From Massalongia carnosa (taxonomy: Eukaryota), in assembly GCA_965645245.1 (NCBI GenBank), contig OZ287085.1:1-64000 (forward strand): a stretch of DNA of 64,000 nucleotides, in the 5' to 3' direction. The notes under the pieces are model-generated. The model ran no database searches. It saw only the letters and a list, made by a program, of their open reading frames with translations, and had not been told where the DNA came from. Every line of letters starts with the position of its first letter. The stretch's first letter is position 1. Below are positions 51,951 through 63,189 of this stretch, piece after piece. Both the position numbers and the translations under genes were made by a program.

Positions 51951-52447
51951 ATATAAGAGGGACAGTAGACACTAGTCCTTATGGGTTATAATGCTCAATG
52001 TGACTGCTAATAGATTGGTAGGTGCTAAAGCTAAAAGCTGATTCCCTGAAGATAGGAATCGAGCTTTCTATATACCCCTTGGGGTCTTATTTAATAACTA
52101 CTTGTCTTGTTACCTGTCTGCCTTGTTGCCTTCAGCTGAGGTCTAGTAGATAGCCTTGCTGCCTTCAGCTGAGGTCTAGCAGATAACCTTGTTGCCTTCA
52201 GCTGAGGTCTAGCAGATAGCCTTGTTGCCTTCAGCTGAGGTCTCCTAGGCGTCCCAGGCCTCCCATGAGATCGAGGCTTATCTGAATAGCTTCAGTTGCT
52301 GCCTAACAAACTGGTAAGGCTGATTGCTGATGGCTTAGTATTGCTATCCGCCTTATCATGACTAAGCATCCGGATTATCAGTCACCCGGTCTTCTTGGGT
52401 GAGTCATCCCAGGAGCTAGCGCAGTCCTGTATTGCCTCGCTATTACA
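51951..52447 (-). mobile_element. Solo LTR of the chromovirus family at 23567 (4 tandem 33-bp units)
   Basis: Reverse complement of 23567-24195 minus 132 bp (4 x 33); TAGT on both flanks. Confidence 0.9.
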
Positions 52448-52921
52448 TAGTTCGACTGTGTTCAGCACCGCTGAGTCATCAGGCTTAGTAATAACCAGCC
52501 TTATACGGCGGCGCTGTAACAGAATATTTGAGACTTATATCGAATTAACAGCATCGAAGGACACGCAGACTTTGTGTCTCTTATTGATGATTTTATCAGA
52601 AAATTCTGACTTATTTTTTTGAAGTCTTGACGAAGATTTATCAGAAAATAAGCGAATGATAGACGACAGTTGATCGTCAATCAGATGAAAAGATAGTAAT
52701 ATATCAGTCACGGTGCGAAGTCAAAGCTGGTGGCTGCGCAAGGAAAACATTGTTTTGAAAGACGTCAAAATGTCAGTTGATAATTTCATGTTCCTGAATA
52801 ATGTCCTAGAATGATACCGTAATGTTTACTAGTAGTTCCCCCATTTCTCTACACAGAGTCTTTTGGGTTAATGTCATGATAATTATTCTTTATGCTCTAT
52901 CAACTTGTATAACGCTATCGA

Positions 52922-54129
52922 CGAAACAATCGGGTGCACTGATCAGGATCTCCGCGTCCACATGGGGAGCCTAGTTCTCGAAGGCCAGACAGGTTTATAT
53001 TGCGGTCGTTCGTCCGGCAATGATCTACGCATCCGCCGTATGGCACACACCGAAAGAAATAGGAAAAGCAAAGCCGCGACGAACAAGCTGGCGGTCATGC
53101 AAAACAAGTGCTTGCGAGCAATAACGGGTGCATTTCGGGCCACCCCGATTCCAGTATTAGAAACCGAAACGCACGTGACGTCTATAGAATCGCATTTGGA
53201 AGAATTACAAGTCAAAGCGAGATATCGCCAACGAACCGCGGGGCAAACGAGACTCATCTCGTCTTTCTGCAAGGAGATAGAACGCAAGTTGCGCGGAAAA
53301 GCGGGCAAGAAAAGATCGCCGAAACCGACCCAGGAATGCTCAAGCACGAATGGGCCAAAAACACAGTGATCAGCGCCATACCCACGGCAGCCCCAACGCC
53401 GCACCCACCCTGGATCACGCCTACGGAGCAACACATGCTAACAGCCAATGCAGTAAGGATGAGTCGCAGCGCTCACACGAAAGCCACAAAAGCGCATTAC
53501 AAAACGAATGGCAGACAACCTGGAAAGCATATCAAGATCGCGTACCCTTTCCCACCGAAGCACAGCGCGCTTCCTTAACCAAAGGAAGAATCAAAATACA
53601 CGACAATCTGGCAAAAGCGGAAAGCGCGTTAGCTACCCAAATTCGCACGGAAAAAATAGGTCTGGCAAGTTTTCTATTTAAACGACGAGTTCCCAACGTG
53701 ACGACCGCGGCCTGCAGCTGTGGTTGGCCCCAGCAAACGGCCAAACACGTAATCATGCACTGCCCATTAATGACGGGAAGACAAGAGCTGTTTCGGCGTA
53801 TAAATACCAACGAGTATCGTACGATACTCGAAACATCCAAAACATTGAAACAGGTAACGAGATGGATTATCGAAGCTGGCGTTTTGGCGCAATTTTCTTT
53901 ATCGGCAAGCTTGCTATACAAGCAATAATTTTCTTTTCATTCAAGGGACTCATCGAAAAAGCACACGAGCAGCACAGCTAGAGGTCGTTGGGACCTCGTA
54001 CGCGCAGCGTTGGCAATGGGTTTTTATTCCTCTTAAAGGTTTTCCTGTAGCATAGTAGTCTATCCCGCATGGGCCGGCCTTCGGCCGGTGACATATCGGC
54101 GTAAGCTTATATCTATCTATCTATCTATC
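52922..54129 (+). mobile_element. 5'-truncated Tad-like LINE (ORF2 C-terminus, 3' UTR, (TATC)n tail)
   Basis: QNKCLRAITGAFRATP, QIRTEKIGL, CSCG...TAKHVIMHC zinc finger; TATC tail at 54110-54130; 15-16-bp TSD (T)GTATAACGCTATCGA at 52906-52921 and 54130-54145. Confidence 0.92.
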
Positions 54130-54138
54130 TGTATAACG

Positions 54139-54279
54139 CTATCGAAAGGATAGGTGATCCTTATTACTTCTAGTTATCTTAACCCCGTCTATGGCCGTTC
54201 TGTTTGTGTGACCTATAATCACACCTCGATTGTTATCGATTTTGTCCCTAAATTTAACATCGCCCATACGAACCGAATG
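54139..54279 (-). pseudogene. Detached last exon of the SesB-like gene, encoding a candidate amyloid signalling motif
   Basis: Removing Copia 3 joins this stretch to the putative intron after ...SEEDRQ. It reads HSVRMGDVKFRDKIDNNRGVIIGHTNRTAIDGVKITRSNKDHLSFR*. The splice acceptor appears mutated. Confidence 0.6.
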
Positions 54280-54289
54280 TTTATGTTGG

Positions 54290-57200
54290 TGTTAACCGAT
54301 TAGACCACACTAATTGGCAGGTGGCCTGCCAATATCACCACTAATAGAAGTGTCACTCGGTTAGCAAGTGTTGCACTTAGTGAATAGCTGGCTACCGAGT
54401 ACGCACAAAAGGTGATGGGATAAGATAAAATAGATATTTAGCTAGAGATGATTTCTATCATCAACAACCATCCTAGATAAACCAGATCAATTTATCAAAT
54501 CCAAAACGAGTCTCCTTTAGAACGTAAACCTACCTAACAAATAAGCTGGAAAGCTTACGCATATCTAAGCGATAACCAGCTTGATAGTTATGAGCCCGGC
54601 ATCGCATCCCTCGTTCTAAAGAGCTCACAGTCAACCAAAGCAAGGCAGATAAATCGAGAAGATAGCAAAACGGGCAAGATCAAAAGTCCCTGCATCTAAA
54701 CTCGCATATCTGCATCACCTCGCATAAAAAAGAAATAAAAGCCAATCATGAGCTCCACACGGAAGATAGTGCTCGGTAAACCAGCAGATTGGGATACCTG
54801 GTTCTCATTCGTTCGGACTCGGGCAACAAATAGTGGGATCTGGAACCTAGTAAACCCAGAGACTACACCAAAGCCGTTAGATGTTCTACCGCCAATCAAA
54901 CCGGTATTCATCCTACCAATAGATCCAAGCACATACGACCCAGTAGCCTATGAAGTCTTCAAAGTACAAACACATATCTACAAACTGCAGTTGGGGGAGT
55001 ATGAAAAACAGCAAAAGGCGTACGCTGATCTTATCACGTTTATTCAAGAGACTGTGACAGTTCAGAACGCAACCTATATTCATAAAGTAGATGCTCATCC
55101 ATGGAACCTCCTTCGAGCCTTGAAAGAACGGTTGGCACCAAGCGACGAGGCTCGCTCGATCGAGATAGAGAACTAATATCACAAGCTTTGCAATTGACCT
55201 GGCAAGCAAGATATGAAAACATGGATTGAAGAATGGCAGACGGTGTATGCCGAGGGAAAAGCATACGGAATCAGTGAAGTCTCAGGAACACGACCTATTC
55301 GTGATTTCATTATGGCTATTCTCACCAAAGAGGCTGCGTTTGCTAACACTTATCTGATTGGTTTAAAGAATCGGAGAGAAGAAGAATTCTACGAAATAGT
55401 GGAGGAATTTCGCAGTTATATTCGAATGCATCAAACGCAAAAGATCGATCAAAACACGCATTCAGCCTTTGCATCCGAGAAAAAGAAGGAAGGACAAGGG
55501 CAAGGAGCGACATTCAATGGGCAAAAAACACCCGATCCATGTCTTTGCGGGATGACTCACTGGTATAACAACTGCTACTATCTACTACCAGAGAAACGAT
55601 CCTCAAACTGGTCTCCAAACCCTGCCACCCAAGCTCAAGTTAATGAGAAGATGAAAGATCCACAAACAAAAGCTAGGGTGGAAAGACTTCTTCAACGTTC
55701 CAAGCAAATGGATTTAAAAAAGGATAGAAACAATAAAAAGGCTACTGAGGAGAAGGAGCTCGGAACGTTTACATCGATAAAAACCGCATCATCCTTCTCA
55801 GCAGATAGCTACACGATCGGAGATTCATGGAAATTGGATAACGGGTCTAACAGCCACGTGTGCAATAGCACCATGAAAGAAAGATATCAATATCAACGAA
55901 ACGCCGATGGAGAGTATCTTATTGCTGGCACACAACGCCTAGCAATAGAGAGCTATGGCACAATAAACATAACTGTGCCAACTTCATCCGGTCCCAAATC
56001 CATGACTCTGTCAAACGTCGCATATGTTTCAGATTTCATGACTAATTTAGTCTCTCAAGATTTGCTCTATATCAAAGGGGTGTATTTTGATAATTGGAAA
56101 CTTCATCTTCATAGAGATGGAACTTCTATTGCTTACGTTAAACGCCACAACGGGCATTATCTCATGGAGGACAACACAGCAAAACAAGTATCAGCTTTTC
56201 CAGTTAAGAAGACGGAACTGGCTAACATCAAGACCGAAACAGCGCAGAAATGGCATCAAATATTAGCACATGTCTCGAATGAAGCTATACAGCATCTCGA
56301 GACATCCGCTAAGGGGGTGAAAATATCTAATGAGGAAGTTCCTAAGACAAATGAATGCGAGCCTTGTGCATTATCTAAAGCACATCGTATCGTATCTCGA
56401 TCATCGAAAAATGCAGAATCATCAAAAGAGCCTTTTTATCGCATCACATATGATCTCATGCAGCTCAACACTGCTATGAATAAAGATGAATGGGTCTCTC
56501 ATTTCGCATGCCATGCAACCGATTTTAATATGGTATTTACCCACGCTCACAAATCTGATGCTGCTAGGATAGTCAAAGAAGCTGTCAATATTATCGAGAC
56601 TCGCTTTAAATCAAAGGTAGTATTTATTCGATCAGACGGAGAATGTTCATTGGAAAATGAGTTCAAAGATCTGCTGATTGAGAAAGGCATTACCTATGAA
56701 TCATCAACACCCGATACCCCGGAGCAAAACGGCCACTCTGAACGAAAGGGAGGTATATTGGCCATGAAAGCTCGGGCAATGAGAATCGACGCTGGCCTAC
56801 CAATCTATCTTTGGCCAGAAATCGTGCGCACCGCGGATTATATAGCTAATCGAACACCTATGAGAAAGCATCAATGGAAGACTCCGTATGAGCTTGTCAT
56901 AGGAAATCCACCCGATCTAAGTCATCTTCGCCAGTATGGGTGCAAAGCCTACACTTTAAATAAGCAAATTCCAAACAAACAAAAGCTACAAGAGCGTGCA
57001 CATATCGGTCATCTCGTGGGCTATGAAGCAAGGAATATCTTTCGGGTTTGGATACCTAGTCAACGAAAGATTATTCGCACAAGAGACGTGATGTTTGACG
57101 AAAGCACAAGCTACGATGCTCATGATATTGATTTGTTGCAAGCAATCAAAGAACCAATGCTAGAAACAACCTACGAGCTTCATGATCTGGATCCTATCAC

Positions 57201-59623
57201 ACAAATCACGGAAATAGACTCTGATGAAGGAGAAGGAGAGGGAGATCACACACAAAACATAGGGGAAAATGTTGAAAGCATGGAATCGCAAGATTGGAAT
57301 GTGCAGGAATTGGTCTCTTCACAAATGAAAGAGAGAACTTACCTTCCAACACCAACCCCATCCGAATCATTCACAAAAAACACGAAAGCAAAGAAAGCTG
57401 CTAAACGAAAAGCATCAAAAGATATCAACTCCAGTCTCGATACGAATAATATCTTGCCTGAGGGGGTGGGAAGACGCCGCATATCCAATCAACGAAAGGA
57501 AACGTACGCAACAGTGTTAGCAGATGCTAATAACGGCGAGTTAAATTCTTATCATGCTGAATTCTCAGCCCACATCATGGCAAGTTCTTATTACATCACC
57601 AATAAAGAATATAGCAAAGAATCTAGCAAAAATAACACGCTGATTCTAAGCACCCGGTTTCATAGAGATAGCCTACCTCCCGAACCTGAACATTATCGTC
57701 AAATGCTAAAGCACCCGCATGCAGAAGGCTTCAAGCTAGCCATGAAGGTAGAGGTTCAGGCCCTTATTGCTAAGAATACCTGGACTGAAGTCGGACACGA
57801 AGCAGCTGTTATTGCTGGCAAAAAACCGATACCAACGAGATGGGTATTCAAATATAAATTCGATGAAAAAGGCTATCTAGTCAAATACAAATCAAGATTA
57901 TGCGCTAGTGGTGATCTTCAACGCAACGAGCAAGATACATTCGCAGCAACATTGGCTGCACGAATTTTTCGAGCGTTAATGGCAATCTTAGCAGCATTTG
58001 ATCTCGAAATACGGCATTACGATGCGGTAAATGCATTCGCAAATAGCCCTATTGATGAACCAACCTACTGTAGGTTACCTGAAGGGTGGCCTGGGTCAGC
58101 ATCTGGAGCTGTTAATATTCTACTATTGCTATTGCGAGCATTGTACGGTCTAAAGCAATCACCGGCCCTATGGTATCGGAATTTATCAGAGGCTCTCATA
58201 GAATTGAACCTTGAACCAATCTCGGGAGTGGACTGCCTCTTTATCAGCCAGGATAGTCATATACTGCTATTCTTCTTCGTGGACGATATCGTTCTGCTTT
58301 ATGATCGGCGGTATACCGATCAAGTAGACCAGTTTCAAGATCTATTATTCCAGAAATATGAGATGCGATATTTAGGACCACTAGAATGGTTTTTGGGTAT
58401 TCGCATTCAAAGAGAAAGAAGTGTTAGAAAGCTCTGGCTATCTCAGGAATCCTATATCGAAAAATTGATAGCTAAGTTCAACATCAATATAAATACCGAT
58501 ATCACTAAACGAGCGAGAGACTCGCCATTACAAACAGAAGAATTAACGAAAAATCCTTCTACAGCTACACCACAGGAAATCCATTCTAATCAACAGCGAG
58601 TAGGTTCATTGAACTTTGCCGCAGTCATTACCAGGCCAGATGTGGCCCAATCAGCTTCTAAACTATCAGAATTCCTAACCAACCTATCCAAACACCATAT
58701 GGATTGCGTCAATCGTACTCTCAAACATCTGGCACATACAAAACATCTATCTATTGTGTTCAGTTCGAGAGCTAATCCACAAACCATCTTCCTAGCAAGC
58801 AGCGATGCCTCATTTGCTGACGATACGATTACTAGATATAGCTCTCAGGGATACGCATTTAAACTCTACAACGGAATGATAGATTGGAAAGCTTCCAAAC
58901 AGAGGACTGTAACGACCAGCTCCACTGAAGCCGAATTACTAGCTATATCTGCAGCAGGCAAGGAGCTAATCTGGTGGACTCGATTTTTCCAATCCATCCA
59001 TCTGGAGTTGAATCATATCACTAGCATTCAATGTGATAATATGCAGACCATAAGAGCACTAACCACCAATCGATTAATTACCAAACTGAGGCATGTAGAT
59101 ATTCACAAACACTGGCTAAGACAGGAGATCGCTCTCGGAAAGATAAGCATAGAATGGGTATCAACCACCAACATTCTAGCTGACGGATTAACCAAATCAC
59201 TACCACCTCAACGTCATAAAGAGTTCGTGAGGCTACTCGGCCTCGGGGGTGCGGAGAATGACAATACTAAAGAGGTTGATAAAGATCTTCTCCATAGAGA
59301 AGAAGAAGATCTTCACCAAGGGGGTGTGTTAACCGATTAGGCCACACTAATTGGTAGGTGGCCTGCCAATATCACCACGAATAGAAGTGTCACTCGGTTA
59401 GCAAGTGTTGCACTTAGTGAATGGCTGGCTACCGAGTACGCACAAAAGGTGATGGGATAAGATAAAATAGATATTTAGCTAGAGATGATTTCTATCATCA
59501 ACAACCATCCTAGATAAACCAGATCAATTTATCAAATCCAAAACGAGTCTCCTTTAGAACGTAAACCTACCTAACAAATAAGCTGGAAAGCTTACGCATA
59601 TCTAAGCGATAACCAGCTTGATA
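54290..59623 (+). mobile_element. Ty1/Copia LTR retrotransposon 3, full length
   Basis: 297-bp LTRs (54290-54586, 59327-59623); TSD GTTGG; PBS GTTATGAGCCC; gag-pol 54748-59340 with two in-frame stops near 55174 and 55196; RT FFVDD. Confidence 0.96.
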
Positions 59624-59628
59624 GTTGG

Positions 59629-60668
59629 GTTTCAGCTGATTTCAAGCGCACGAAAGAGATGTCAGACCTGGCGATCCTCTTCAGATCCCTTGGATCGACT
59701 ATCAAGATCCGATATCCATTGAGCCAACTTTTGCGAAATTCTCTTGTATCCCTCTCGGTCTTCATCCTCAAACTTGCACATATCAACATGGTTCGCTTGG
59801 ATTGACTGTGAATCGATACCAGGCAGGCAAGCCGATTCCTTGAGCACGATAAATCCCATCTTCGTCCCTCCCTTATACATAGCATACTGTTCAAAGAAAC
59901 AAGCTACTTCCACAAACTCTCTTGATTCTGATCGATCCCGTGCTTTCAGGAATTTCTGGAAAGCTTCGTTAACGCTGATGAGCTTTGCCGAACGCTCTTC
60001 AAGACCCTTTACATCCTGCTTATGCGTGGTGCTTATCCAGCCCAGTATCTGTAGAGTCCTGCTTCCCCATTTTGCTTTTGACAATCCCTCAAAGGGCGTT
60101 CCTAGGAAGACGACTCCAATCGTTCTCTCTACGAGGGTAGTGCTAGACATGTCAGTGCCATTGTGCCTTGACAGCGCAATGGCGCACACGAGACCCCCTA
60201 GGCTGTGCGAGACGAAAATAATCGGTCGTTCAGCCTGGACATAGACATCCTATTAGCATATTTCTGGTGGAAAGGTAGGGGTGCGCCGATTCCTACAGTT
60301 TTGGCTTTCTCGCGGAGACCGATTAGGCCCTGGAACATTGCAGCCGCGTGATCATCAATAGTCAAATGCTCCGGGATGAATTTCGGTCCAACAAACGGAT
60401 AGAAGTGAGCAAAGTCCGCATTGTACCCAAAAGAAGGATGCGAGCTGTTGGGCAGGCTTGAGATAAGAGATCTTGCGGCCACAACAGCGATCTATCTCGA
60501 CCCTCCCATGTCCAAGTTTTCACTCTGTCGCCGTCGAGCCCGTGGACGAAGACAATACTGTTTGGTCAGTACAGAGCAACCCGGACAAGAAATGACATCT
60601 GGTGCGTACTCTATATTCGCCTCTGGAGAAGCAAAGAGGGGGTCGCCTAATCCGTACGGTTCGGCCAT
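59629..60668 (-). pseudogene. SesB-like alpha/beta-hydrolase (lipase-like) NLR-effector gene
   Basis: ATG at 60668; GT-AG introns at 60558-60609 and ~60235-60297; DIVFVHGL, WPQDLL, FGYNAD, PIIFVSHSLGGLV, GVVFLGTPFEG, ANHVDMCKF. 1-nt frameshift near 60433; last intron interrupted by Copia 3. Confidence 0.85.
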
Positions 60669-61302
60669 GCTAGCGTTGTCATCGCAATACTACAGAGGAG
60701 TCGTGCTTCAAATTTAGCACTATAACTTATGCGAGATAATCGTGATGCCGCCTGCATGGAGAGACCAGACGCTTCAGCACGTGCATAGCCTTGGCTCTAT
60801 TAGCCATCTATCCCGCATGATGGCGGGGTGCCCTCCATCGGCGAGTCCGTACCTATATTTATACTTAGAGATGAACAGTGCCTTTGGGAAGTCTTGGGCG
60901 TTGACTTTCTGACCGAACCTATGTGCGGTCCTGAGCACGGTAAAGATAAGAGTTTTCAGTCTTTTTCAATATAGCCTATAGCTCTAACGTCTACAATCTT
61001 CTGACACAGCAATGGCCGGTAACACGCTAGCAGTCTCTACAGGCGCGAAGTATTTTGGCACCATTTCTGGCAACAAAGGCGCTGTGGTCGGTGAAGTCTC
61101 AGGCCATGCAAAAGTGATTGGTCTGGGTCCTGTTCACATCGATATTGATCTTATGCTAAATCCTGATTAGGCTCTCAGATATACAATATTGCTCAATATC
61201 CAGGCAAGTCGGCATTCGCAATGATATAGCGTTCTGTGAGCCAAGGCTGATAGCATTCTGCGTTTGTAGAAAGACCCGATACCCCACCAAGCCCATCATC
61301 TA

Positions 61303-61718
61303 TGTTGAGGATAGCCGAGATGTCTGCTTATAGAAAATGGCACTAACCCCAATGCGCACTAGCTATTGGAAGTATTTGGATTGGCCACCTTGGGATTTAT
61401 CATCAACATCCCGCGTCTGATATTCTAGGAGACATTCGAACATTCTACAGTGGATTGATAATGAGGCAAATATGTCAGCTTTGGAACTCCGACAAAGACG
61501 AGCTTACATATCAGCATTTGACTGACCGATCACATAGAAAGTGGGAGAATCGTGCTCAAGGCAGGCAGCGGTATATAATGGGCTATATGCCCCCATAGAT
61601 AGCCTCAGTCATTTTCAATCAATCATTAGTAGCCTGCCATTGGATCAGCTTGATCATCGCACGTACTTTTTGCTGTTGTTTCCTACTTCCACCCCTATAA
61701 TCCGTAGCCTCCGCAACA
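61303..61718. mobile_element. Solo LTR (416 bp) inserted in NLR exon 3
   Basis: TGTTG...CAACA termini and a perfect TSD ATCTA; removing it restores PPSPSSTVPFRRD. Confidence 0.92.
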
Positions 61719-63189
61719 ATCTACTGTTCCTTTCCGCCGCGACTCTGATTTCGTCGATCGCGGAAAGCTACTTGATCAGATACACGAAAAGTGCTCCGCG
61801 CCAGCGTCAAGGGTAGCGCTTGTCGGCCTAGGCGGCGTTGGGTAAGCCAAAGGGCCTCAGGCTAGTTCTAATAGCTTACTTTCGCAAAGAAAGTCGCAGC
61901 TTGCCATCGAATACTGCTATCGAATCAGAGAGCAGTTGCCGGCGACGTGGGTTTTCTGGATACACGCCAGCAACGCAGCCCGTATCGAGCAAGGTTATAG
62001 AAAGATTGCAGAGCAAGTCAAGATTCCTGGCAGGGGGGACCCAAAGGCGGACATATTCCGGCTAGTTAAAAAGTGGTTATGCGACGAGAAGAACGGAAAG
62101 TGGGCTCTGGTTCTCGACAATGCCGACGAAACTACTGTGCTGTTCGAAACTCTTGTCACGGGCCAGAAGGCGCAGGCCAGCGGGTCTAGCGGCGGGCCCA
62201 CGCAATCACTGTTAGCATATCTACCTCAGAGCCGAAACGGCTCGATTCTCGTCACCACCCGGACTAAAAGTGTGGCATTGCGGCTAGCGGAAGAAAGTGA
62301 CATAATACCGATTGAGCCGATGAATCATACCCATGCGCTAACGCTTCTTGAAAAGAAGCTGGGAGAAAAGATCGATAGAGAAGATACTTCTGAGCTAGCA
62401 GTAGCACTTGAATTTATGCCGCTTGCCATTGTTCAAGCGGCTGCATACATTCGACTAAGAGTACCAAGATATTCTGTACGACAGTACGTAGATGAGTTCC
62501 ATAAGAATGATAAAAAAAAGACTAGTCTCTTGAATCACGAAGCGGGACATCTTCGCAGGGACCAGGAGGCTAAAAACTCGATCATTATAACCTGGCAAAT
62601 ATCGTTTGATCATATTCATCAGACTAGGCCTTCGGCGGCTAATCTGCTGTCGCTTATGAGCTTTTTCGATCGACAGGGAATTCCTGAGGCTTTACTCAAG
62701 AAACAAAACGAAGGGGAAAATGAAAATACAGCCGAAGCTGCTGGAGATGACGAAGATGATGACCACAAAGACGATAGCGATGGGGATATCGTAACCTATC
62801 TCAGCGTCGATAAGTTTGAAGACAACATACTTATCTTGAGAGACTATTCGTTCATCACCATCAGCATGGATGGAACTACCTTTGAGATGCACGGGCTAGT
62901 GCAGCTAGCCATCAGAAAGTGGCTAGAAGCATCCAATCAGCTCGAAAGATGGAAGCAGCAGTACATCAAGAATCTCTGTACAGTATTTCCGAATGGAGAT
63001 TACGAGAATTGGACAAAGTGTCAAGCACTTTTTCCTCACGCAAAGTTGGCAGTAGCGCAGCAGCCAGCTGTCGAAAGCTCATTACAAGATTGGGCCTTGA
63101 TACTATATCACGCTGCGTGGTATGCGTGTGCGAAAGGGAGTTACTTTGAAGCAGCGACAATGGCCTTAAAAGCAACAATAACCAGGCAA

